Assembly: GCA_016292095.1 (NCBI GenBank)
Contig: JAEFAB010000007.1
Span: 41,240-105,239, forward strand
Source of the DNA: Eubacterium sp.
GTDB taxonomy: Bacteria > Bacillota > Clostridia > Lachnospirales > Lachnospiraceae
Reading direction: 5' to 3'
DNA: 64,000 bases
In this document: one piece after another, positions 9,487-17,205 of the stretch
How positions within the stretch are numbered: position 1 is the first letter of the stretch
Layout: every line of letters begins with the position of its first letter
Notes under the pieces: model-generated
Seen by the model: the letters and a program-made list of their open reading frames with translations, nothing else
What the model was told of the DNA's origin: nothing
Database searches by the model: none
Position numbers and translations under genes: made by a program

Positions 9487-10314
9487 ATGTTTAAGAATGA
9501 ATTATTGATTGAGTTCAAAAGAGCAATATATAATAAAAAATTTTGGTGTTGCATTATGCTTGCAATAACCTTGGCATTATTGCACTATTTTCAAGTTGTT
9601 TACCCAGAATTTAAGACGAATAATAGAGAAATTTATGCTAAAAATTTATATCCAGTTTCAACCTTTGAAATATGGATGGGAGCTAGGGGAGGACTACAAT
9701 CAACAATTTATTATTTGATGATTCCTGTATTAGCTATTCTTCCGTATGCATCTAGTTTGTTTGAAGATATAAAAACAGGATATATTCAAAATATAATTAT
9801 AAGAACATCTAGAAAGAATTTTTTTCTGTCAAAACTGATAGTATCAATTTTGGTAGGAGGTACGTTGGCAGTACTGCCTATGGTGTTGAATTTATATTTA
9901 ACAGCAATGACGGTTCCAAGCATAAAACCAGAGGTGACTCAAAAAATATTTCCAGCAATTAATATGAATTGTATGTTTAATGAACTGTTTTATTCAAGAC
10001 CATATTTGTATGTAGGAATATATTGTCTTATTATATTTGCATTTGCGAGTATATTTGTTGTTTTTTGTTTGATGTTGGCTTTTTATGCTAATAATTATAT
10101 TGAGGTAATCATATTTCCTTTTTTAGTGTACATCTTTTTAGATTTTGTATTTGAATTTTTGGGCAAATCAAATTTTTCACCAAGACAAATAATGAGAATT
10201 GATCAGGACGTTGAAATATCAGGAATAATCACTGGAATAGAATTAATTTTTTGTGGCACTACATTGTTAATGTTTTATATTAGAAAAGTTAAAAACTATG
10301 AAGCAACAATTTAA
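9487..10314 (+). CDS. ABC-2-type permease-like membrane protein
   Basis: About 6 TM helices; GYIQNIIIRTSRKNFFLSK loop motif. Confidence 0.7.
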   Translation: MFKNELLIEFKRAIYNKKFWCCIMLAITLALLHYFQVVYPEFKTNNREIYAKNLYPVSTFEIWMGARGGLQSTIYYLMIPVLAILPYASSLFEDIKTGYIQNIIIRTSRKNFFLSKLIVSILVGGTLAVLPMVLNLYLTAMTVPSIKPEVTQKIFPAINMNCMFNELFYSRPYLYVGIYCLIIFAFASIFVVFCLMLAFYANNYIEVIIFPFLVYIFLDFVFEFLGKSNFSPRQIMRIDQDVEISGIITGIELIFCGTTLLMFYIRKVKNYEATI

Positions 10315-11047
10315 AAAAATCAGTTTGAAAAATATTATTTTCCTTATTTTGATGATAACTATTATGGAATTATTATATTTTTCATATATAAAAGAGGATT
10401 ATTATATAGAACAAATTTCTATAGCAGATGTTTTGATTTGGAATCAAAGAGAATATTTTTTTTCTTATTATTTTAGTTTATTATTTTTGCTAATTATACA
10501 AAAAGAATTTAGGCATATGTTTAATTGGAATATTTGTATTAGATATAAGAGTTGGGAAAGTATTTGGAAAGAAAATATTAAGAAAAATATATATATTTCA
10601 ATGTATTTATCGACATTATTAATGATAGTTATAGTAGTAGTTTTTGGAACTCAGGGAATAAAAGTAATTAATTTCGATTATAGAAATAGTGTTTTTTCTT
10701 TATCAACATACGGGGGGACAATGCATGTTGACATAGGGATAATATTAAGGATTGTTAGTTGCTTTTGGTGTATTTCGTTAATAAAATTATTCATTTTGGG
10801 CTTGTTCTATATAATTTTATTTTGGGTTACCGAGAAAGCAGTAGTGTCGTTTGTTGGAACATATATCGTAAATATAATTATCAATAAATATAATTTTTTA
10901 CAATTAGATATGGATTATTTGAGTTGGTATAAGAATAGAGAACATATAAATATTTCAATACTTGTCTTAGTAATCCTTGTGATAATTATTGGAAAAAAAA
11001 TATGTAGAAGGAAGGAAGTATTGGATGCAAATCGAAGGCATAACTAA
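10298..11047 (+). CDS. Multi-pass membrane protein, putative ABC permease subunit
   Basis: Hydrophobic helices; overlaps both neighbours. Confidence 0.6.
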   Translation: MKQQFKKISLKNIIFLILMITIMELLYFSYIKEDYYIEQISIADVLIWNQREYFFSYYFSLLFLLIIQKEFRHMFNWNICIRYKSWESIWKENIKKNIYISMYLSTLLMIVIVVVFGTQGIKVINFDYRNSVFSLSTYGGTMHVDIGIILRIVSCFWCISLIKLFILGLFYIILFWVTEKAVVSFVGTYIVNIIINKYNFLQLDMDYLSWYKNREHINISILVLVILVIIIGKKICRRKEVLDANRRHN

Positions 11048-11795
11048 AAAAGACTATCTTATTTCGATAATAATAATTATTATGTCTGAGATGATGTATA
11101 TTAAAGAGACAGTCTTATATTCCAGTGAAATAGTGTTAGGAGATAATATTATATACTTATTTTATGGAATGGAAATATTTAAGGCGGATGAGTCAGGATT
11201 TAAAATTCCAATTATGTTTTTGATTAACTATTCAACGTTATTATATTTGTTTTTTAAATCATCGGTTTTTGATAGAGATAAAATAGGAGTCCAGCGATTA
11301 ATTAGATTAGGTAGTAAAAAAAAATGGTGGATACTTGTTAATATCAGAATCGCGGTTATAAGTGCTACATTTTTTATAAGTAAAGTTGTAGTAGCTTTGT
11401 TAGTATGTAGAGACTTGAAAATGGATATTAATAAGGGGTTTATAAATGATAGTTGTAATATAATTATTAATTCTAATAATAATAGATTATGTGTTTTTTC
11501 TGCAATAATAATACCATTAGTTACTATAGTGGTTATTGGAATGGTAATGCAATTGATTTCATTTTTTATAAAACCTTATGCTAGTTGCATTTTGGCGATT
11601 ATATTTTTGGTGTGTTCTACGTTTTTTTTTAATAAGTGGTTTATTGGCGAGTATTTATTTTGGGGTAGGAGTTCTTTAGCAGACTTAGGAGGATACGATA
11701 TAAAGTATTCAATTTTGGTGGATATAATTTGGTTGAGTTTTATATTGGCAGTTGGGATAATGTGTATAGAAAAAAAAGATTATGATGTTAAATGA
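11025..11795 (+). CDS. Multi-pass membrane protein, putative ABC permease subunit
   Basis: ATG 11025 preferred; LIRLGSKKKWW motif; TM helices. Confidence 0.6.
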   Translation: MQIEGITKKDYLISIIIIIMSEMMYIKETVLYSSEIVLGDNIIYLFYGMEIFKADESGFKIPIMFLINYSTLLYLFFKSSVFDRDKIGVQRLIRLGSKKKWWILVNIRIAVISATFFISKVVVALLVCRDLKMDINKGFINDSCNIIINSNNNRLCVFSAIIIPLVTIVVIGMVMQLISFFIKPYASCILAIIFLVCSTFFFNKWFIGEYLFWGRSSLADLGGYDIKYSILVDIIWLSFILAVGIMCIEKKDYDVK

Positions 11796-11808
11796 AGGGA
11801 TTGAAAAA

Positions 11809-12462
11809 ATGACATATATAAACATAAATAATGCAACAAAAATTATCAATAAAGAAAAAGTATTAGATGACATTACTATAGAGATGGAGAAAGGTAAAGT
11901 ATATGGCTTATATGGAAAAAATGGTTCTGGGAAGACAATGCTAATGCGTGCGATTTGTGGATTGATTCGTTTATCAAAGGGTACAATTATGATTAATAAT
12001 GAAATATTAGGTAAAGATATTTCTTTTCCAAGGAGTATAGGAGTATTGCTAGAAAATCCTTCTTTTATATCATATTATTCCGGAAAGAAAAACTTACAAT
12101 ATTTAGCAAACATAAAAAAACAGATAACAGATAAGGAAATAGAGAGTGCTCTTGAAAGAGTAGGGTTAGATTCGAACAATAAAAAGCATTATAAAAAATA
12201 TTCATTAGGAATGAAGCAACGATTGGGAATAGCGGCAGTTATTATGGAGAAACCAGATTTGTTAATATTTGATGAACCCACAAATGCGTTAGATGGTAAG
12301 GGAATTGAGCTAATTAATGAAATAATTCAGCAAGAAAAAGAGCGAGGTGCAACAATAATAATTGCTTGCCATGATAAGGAAGAACTGGAGTATTTGGCAG
12401 ATGAAATTTTTGATATAAAAGAGGGCAAAGTATATAAAAGAGAAAGTGAGTTTAAAGCTTAA
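11809..12462 (+). CDS. ABC transporter ATP-binding protein
   Basis: Walker A GKNGSGKT, signature YSLGMKQ, Walker B LLIFDEP. Confidence 0.93.
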   Translation: MTYININNATKIINKEKVLDDITIEMEKGKVYGLYGKNGSGKTMLMRAICGLIRLSKGTIMINNEILGKDISFPRSIGVLLENPSFISYYSGKKNLQYLANIKKQITDKEIESALERVGLDSNNKKHYKKYSLGMKQRLGIAAVIMEKPDLLIFDEPTNALDGKGIELINEIIQQEKERGATIIIACHDKEELEYLADEIFDIKEGKVYKRESEFKA

Positions 12463-12463
12463 T

Positions 12464-13003
12464 ATGAAAATTAAATGTGCATTATTAATAATAGCAATCA
12501 TTTTTATTACTGTAATTTCAGTACATAGATATAAAGAAATAAATACAAACAGTGAGGTGACTAATATCTATACTTATAAAGTAGGAGAAGAAATTGTTGG
12601 AGGGGATATTACTATATCAGCTGATAAATTTAGTTTATTAGAAAAAAAAGACTGTAAAAAGATTATTCCTGAAACAGAAAAAAATGATGCTGAAGATTTT
12701 GTTCTTGCGCTTGTAGAAATTAAATTGCATAATAATAGTAATAACAGGGTAGAGACTTGCCTAACAGATTTTGTATTACAGTCAAAATCATGGTCGAATG
12801 CATTTGATCTTGACACATATCAAAAGTTAAACAAATTTTCAGGTGTAATTATCGCATTGAAGGGAAATGAAGAAAAAAAGGTTTTATTACCATATTATAT
12901 ATATAAGTATCAATGGCCAAAAAATAAATGGGAAACAATACAAAACCAAAAGTATAATTTGATTTTTCAGGTTTATCCAGATAAACATATGATTATATTT
13001 TGA
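12464..13003 (+). CDS. Membrane-anchored extracellular protein (DUF4352/DUF5028-like Ig fold)
   Basis: Single N-terminal TM; YKVGEEI..GDITIS and VEIKLHNNSN patterns; ATG 12464 chosen over GTG 12446. Confidence 0.5.
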   Translation: MKIKCALLIIAIIFITVISVHRYKEINTNSEVTNIYTYKVGEEIVGGDITISADKFSLLEKKDCKKIIPETEKNDAEDFVLALVEIKLHNNSNNRVETCLTDFVLQSKSWSNAFDLDTYQKLNKFSGVIIALKGNEEKKVLLPYYIYKYQWPKNKWETIQNQKYNLIFQVYPDKHMIIF

Positions 13004-13181
13004 GATACAATAGTTGGTCTCAATTTGTGATATGTTTGACGAGTGTTACAAATTAACTATGTCAAAACAAGGTATATATAAATGGCAGTTATAAAAAATG
13101 CACTAAATAATAGTATTGTAGATGATAAAAATAATTGTGAAGGAATAAAAATGACTATATATAGATTTTAGTTTTGGGCTA

Positions 13182-13190
13182 TGCTATAAT
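13182..13190 (+). promoter_or_regulatory. Extended -10 promoter for the two-gene HD module
   Basis: TGcTATAAT about 30 nt upstream of ATG 13221; AGGAGG RBS follows. Confidence 0.6.
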
Positions 13191-13220
13191 ATTTTTTACT
13201 ATATAGGAGGGTGGATTAGA

Positions 13221-13583
13221 ATGTGTGTTTATATAGGGATTGAAGATTTGGCAGCAAATGCATTAATTGAAATTATTTCTAAAGATGAAAAAAAACGATT
13301 TGTTTCGTATGCAGAATTGGAAGATTATGGAGCAGAGGTTGTTAAGTTTTTAAATACTAAAGGTGAAAAAGCTGTCTTGATTCTTTCTAGAGAAAATACT
13401 AGTGATATGTTTAGAAACTATTCTGATATGTTTGAAGAAGTACTAAAAGATGAAATGTTAGGAATAGAGTTAAAAGCAGGCATAACAGTTGAACAATTAA
13501 TCAATAGGTTTAGAGGGTATTTGGCATGGGATGTACTTTTGGCGTTTGTAAATGAACGAACAGTTGCAAAATTGGGAGTATAA
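13221..13583 (+). CDS. Hypothetical 120-aa soluble protein, partner of the HD hydrolase
   Basis: Strong RBS; stop is 1 nt before the HD gene ATG; no motif recognised. Confidence 0.75.
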   Translation: MCVYIGIEDLAANALIEIISKDEKKRFVSYAELEDYGAEVVKFLNTKGEKAVLILSRENTSDMFRNYSDMFEEVLKDEMLGIELKAGITVEQLINRFRGYLAWDVLLAFVNERTVAKLGV

Positions 13584-13584
13584 T

Positions 13585-15213
13585 ATGCAAGATTACAAAC
13601 AGTTTAAGGATCCAATATATGGTTATGTTAAAATACCTTCAGATTATGTAGATAAAATAATTGATACTGCGGAGTTTCAAAGATTAAGACGAATAATGCA
13701 AACCAGTTATTCTCCATTGTATTCAGCTTCAGTTCATAATCGATTCATACATTCAATTGGAGTTTATCATTTGGGGACTATTGCGTCCAAAAATGTGTTT
13801 GATGATTTAAAAAAGAATCAATTAACCGCAGATTATACAGATTGGGACCGAATAGAAGAAGTCTTTTTGTTAGCATGTCTACTACACGATGTAGGTCATG
13901 CTCCGTTCTCACACACAGGCGAAAAATTTTATTTAGATGAGAATGGTGGTTATTTAACAATACATAATAAATTGGAGTCTCTTGTTAATACAGACACGTT
14001 TTCACAAGATATTCCAGAAAATAGTAAATCGGCAGCTCCGCATGAAATAATGAGTGCAATCGTTGCACTAGAAAATTTTGGTAAATATTTTAAAAATGAT
14101 TTCGAAAAAGAACTTTTTGTAAGATGTATTACTGGATATAAGTTTTCTGAAGAAAATTTGGAAAATTCAATCTATAATTGTATTATAACAATGTTAAATT
14201 CTAAAGTTATAGATGTTGACCGTCTTGATTATTTAATTAGAGATGCGTATTTTACTGGTTTTGAAACGGTTAATATTGACTATACTAGATTATTAAAATC
14301 TTTAACGATAATAATTGTTGAAGACAAAGCAAAATTGGGATATAACAAAAATGCAATCAGTGTTATCGAAAATGTTGTATATGCACATGATGCAGAGAGA
14401 AAATGGATACAGACTCATCCAATCGTTCTGTATGATATGTATATTATTCAACATGTTATTGATTATTTAAACAAAAAGAATTCTAGAGATAATGCTAATA
14501 AATTATTTTCTTTAGAATCGTTGAGTTTTGAAGGACACATAATAAATGATGACTTAGAAATTTCTCTTTTATGTGATGATGATATTATACATTTATTGAA
14601 GAAGTATAAGGAAGATTCACTTTGTATGGAGTATTTTTGTAGAAAAAATAGAAGGCATCCTTTGTGGAAATCGGAATCTGAATATAAAGCATATATTCCT
14701 CTTCAATTTGGTTCTAGTGGCAGAGTTATGGCTAATTTTGCAGAGGCATTGTCTGAGACTGAAAAATATATGAGAAAATATTCTGAAAGTTGGATAATCA
14801 ATGATGTAATAATAGAAAAAATAAAAAAAGAATTAGAAAATTTAGATAGTTCTGGAGTTCAGGTTGATGCTTCGACAAGAGAAGTTCAAAAGAATAAGAA
14901 AGAAAAAATATTAAGAGTTACTAATACACTAAAAACATTTGCTAATAATAATGGTATGGAATGTGATTTTGTATTGTTGGAAGCAAGTCAATTTTATAGT
15001 GGATTTAATAAACAAGATTTAGCAGAGATACCGATTAAATTTCCAAAAAAAGGAACAGATAATGTATTTGCGTTCGGAGAGGTCGTTCCAATTTTAGAAA
15101 GTAATAATGAAAAAGATAGTGATTTTTTCTATCTGTTTTATAAGGAAGGAGATCATCCGATAGATAGAGAAGCTCTTTGTGCTGAAATATACAAAGCTTT
15201 CATAGAGTATTAA
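13585..15213 (+). CDS. HD-domain phosphohydrolase, SAMHD1/dNTP triphosphohydrolase-like (542 aa)
   Basis: FKDPIYG, EFQRLRRIMQ, HNRFIHSIGVYHL, LLHDVGHAPFSH, PHE, DVDRLDYLIRD; ATG at 13585. Confidence 0.88.
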   Translation: MQDYKQFKDPIYGYVKIPSDYVDKIIDTAEFQRLRRIMQTSYSPLYSASVHNRFIHSIGVYHLGTIASKNVFDDLKKNQLTADYTDWDRIEEVFLLACLLHDVGHAPFSHTGEKFYLDENGGYLTIHNKLESLVNTDTFSQDIPENSKSAAPHEIMSAIVALENFGKYFKNDFEKELFVRCITGYKFSEENLENSIYNCIITMLNSKVIDVDRLDYLIRDAYFTGFETVNIDYTRLLKSLTIIIVEDKAKLGYNKNAISVIENVVYAHDAERKWIQTHPIVLYDMYIIQHVIDYLNKKNSRDNANKLFSLESLSFEGHIINDDLEISLLCDDDIIHLLKKYKEDSLCMEYFCRKNRRHPLWKSESEYKAYIPLQFGSSGRVMANFAEALSETEKYMRKYSESWIINDVIIEKIKKELENLDSSGVQVDASTREVQKNKKEKILRVTNTLKTFANNNGMECDFVLLEASQFYSGFNKQDLAEIPIKFPKKGTDNVFAFGEVVPILESNNEKDSDFFYLFYKEGDHPIDREALCAEIYKAFIEY

Positions 15214-15296
15214 AGTTTTTTCTTTTGGTGGATATACAATAATTAAAGTAATATCTTTAAGTTTCGAAGAGAGTAATTATGTATGAACCTAAAACC

Positions 15297-15308
15297 CTTC
15301 CCACAAAT
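15297..15308 (+). repeat. Putative integrase arm-type site, right end
   Basis: CTTCCCACAAAT identical to 2829-2840. Confidence 0.6.
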
Positions 15309-15446
15309 TCTTGAACTTTTTATACTTTATTACTAATTATTAAAAAGTTTCATATTGCTCGCAATGCGCGATAAACAAAGGCGTTGCGGGCATTTTTGTA
15401 ACATAAAATAAGTCTTAATAAATTGATATAAAATGCCCTATGGCTT

Positions 15447-15532
15447 TCAGGGTGTGCAGGGTTCGAGCCCCTGGAGGCGCACGCGGGTACCGGTTTGGGC
15501 ATTAAATTGTCTGGGTTGGTACTTTTTTTGTG
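15447..15532 (+). repeat. attR, 86-bp direct repeat with tRNA-Lys 3' remnant
   Basis: Identical to 2613-2698. Confidence 0.95.
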
Positions 15533-15540
15533 GCAACGAG

Positions 15541-15759
15541 TGGGACAAGTTAAAAGAAATAGAGAGACTTCCGTGCAAGCTGGCTTGCAAAAGGAAGTCT
15601 CTCTATTTCTTTTTCACTTTACCGCGACTGCGGTAAAGTGAGATGTAGCAACAAAGTTGCGAAATCGAACTTGTCCCAAGGCAAGCAAGTAAGTAAATCA
15701 TTCAATGCGAATGCCGTGAAGTGAGATGCAGCACCATAGGTGCGGAATCGAACTTGTCC
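15541..15759. repeat. Multibranch palindromic intergenic element with a duplicated 41-bp 3' module
   Basis: Outer arms TGGGACAAGTT/AACTTGTCCCA, 21-bp and 11-bp inner stems; 15636-15676 repeated at 15719-15759. Confidence 0.7.
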
Positions 15760-15810
15760 TTTTCATGCAAAAGAGTGGTAGCATGCGATTTTTTTGTATG
15801 ATAAAAAAGA

Positions 15811-16278
15811 TTGCTACACCATGCTATTCGCGATAAACTAAAAAAGGCTAATAATTTTGAAACGGGAGAAGAAGCAGTTACAAAACCTTGCCGGGGAATC
15901 ATAAAAGAAAAAAGTGCCAATGAATTTCAGATTACAATTCGATGTGATTATAATGACTATTTTGATTACTTGGATTTAGGAACATTTATAGTTGAAGGAG
16001 ACAAAATCAAACGAAATGATATGGCGATATCCTTTGAGAAATCTGTAGAGGACAAGAATCCGAATCAGGAAGGATGGCACTGCACTGTGAAGGTTTCAGA
16101 AAACCTTGTGGAATATCAGGCTTTTAATGATCAGGTAGAGACAGGGTATTATGAACATATTAACTTCCGGACAAATCATGTAATGGAATCATTTGAAAGC
16201 GGATATGGAGCAGAAAGTGATTTAATAAGAATCCGGAACATTTGTCTCACAGACGAAGCTCAGAATGTGGTAGAATAG
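15811..16278 (+). CDS. Hypothetical protein, start uncertain
   Basis: 155-codon open frame with protein-like composition; TTG start without a clear RBS. Confidence 0.4.
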   Translation: MLHHAIRDKLKKANNFETGEEAVTKPCRGIIKEKSANEFQITIRCDYNDYFDYLDLGTFIVEGDKIKRNDMAISFEKSVEDKNPNQEGWHCTVKVSENLVEYQAFNDQVETGYYEHINFRTNHVMESFESGYGAESDLIRIRNICLTDEAQNVVE

Positions 16279-16310
16279 CTTTATGAAATCGAATAACAGA
16301 GGTGCAGCAT

Positions 16311-17186
16311 ATGAAAAAAATAATTCTATTGTTGCTAAGCATTCTTTTGATTGTTACAGGATGTGACGGCGAGGAAGAACTGGAAAGTCGAAGACAGGAA
16401 GAAGCAATTAACAAGATTGCAAGTTATCATCCGATGAAGGAATATCAGGGAGAGCCCTTTGTCACTTGTCGTTTAGGTCACCCGGATTTTTCTGAGGAAG
16501 AAAAACAGTGCACAGAACCTTTTGAAGAGTATAGCGATTTGGATGAATTGGGACGCTGTGGCGTTGCCTTTGCAAACGTGTGCAAAGAAACAATGCCCAC
16601 AGAGAAGCGAGGAAAAATCGGAAATATTAAACCTTCCGGATGGAACTTTGCCAAATACGACTTTATAGATGGAAAGTACCTGTACAATCGTTGTCATTTA
16701 ATCGGATATCAATTGACCGGGGAAAATGATAATGAGAAGAATTTAATTACCGGAACAAGATACTTTAATATAGAAGGAATGTTGCCATTTGAAAATTTTG
16801 TGGCAGACTTTGTAAAAGAAACAAATTATCATGTGCTTTACAGAGTAACCCCACTTTATCATGGGAATGATTTATTGGCATATGGGGTTCAAATAGAATC
16901 CTACTCAGTAGAAGACGAAGGAAGAGGATTACACTTTAATGTTATTGTATTCAACAGTCAGCCGGGTGTTATCATTGATTATGCCACCGGAGAAAGTAAA
17001 AGCGCAGAAGATGTTACGGAGTCGGAAGAGCAGGATTATGTACTGAACACAAACACAAAAAAATTCCATCGACCAACCTGTGACAGTGTTAATCAAATGG
17101 CGGCAAATCACAGAGTTTATGTAAAACGAAGCAGAGAAGAAATAATTAGCGGTGGTTACGAACCGTGTCACAATTGTAACCCATAG
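16311..17186 (+). CDS. Lipoprotein DNA/RNA non-specific endonuclease with C-terminal Ada-like Zn-binding domain
   Basis: Lipobox IVTGC; LDELGRCGVA, YNRCHLIGYQL, NLITGT, YRVTPLY; C-terminal KKFHRPTC..PCHNCNP. Confidence 0.85.
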   Translation: MKKIILLLLSILLIVTGCDGEEELESRRQEEAINKIASYHPMKEYQGEPFVTCRLGHPDFSEEEKQCTEPFEEYSDLDELGRCGVAFANVCKETMPTEKRGKIGNIKPSGWNFAKYDFIDGKYLYNRCHLIGYQLTGENDNEKNLITGTRYFNIEGMLPFENFVADFVKETNYHVLYRVTPLYHGNDLLAYGVQIESYSVEDEGRGLHFNVIVFNSQPGVIIDYATGESKSAEDVTESEEQDYVLNTNTKKFHRPTCDSVNQMAANHRVYVKRSREEIISGGYEPCHNCNP

Positions 17187-17205
17187 GAAAGGAAAAGGAG
17201 AAAAA

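Larger units (their letters stand above)
2613..15532. mobile_element. Integrative mobilizable element (tyrosine integrase, MOBQ relaxase) inserted at tRNA-Lys
   Basis: 86-bp identical terminal direct repeats; int, XRE, xis, oriT and relaxase present; visibly AT-rich cargo; no T4SS or phage structural genes. Confidence 0.93.

Noticed and set aside
9487-12462. Known antibiotic-resistance or lantibiotic-immunity ABC transporter
   Set aside because: No diagnostic motifs or neighbouring lantibiotic/two-component genes; only generic ABC features are visible.
15447-15481. Second tRNA gene at attR
   Set aside because: Only the 3' half (anticodon stem 3' strand, T-arm, acceptor 3' strand) is present; it is the att duplication.
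2613-15532. Prophage or self-transmissible ICE
   Set aside because: No capsid, terminase or tail genes and no VirB4/VirD4; the content fits a mobilizable element.
15433-15636. 67-aa ORF spanning attR
   Set aside because: Reads through the tRNA remnant and palindromes; a chance frame.
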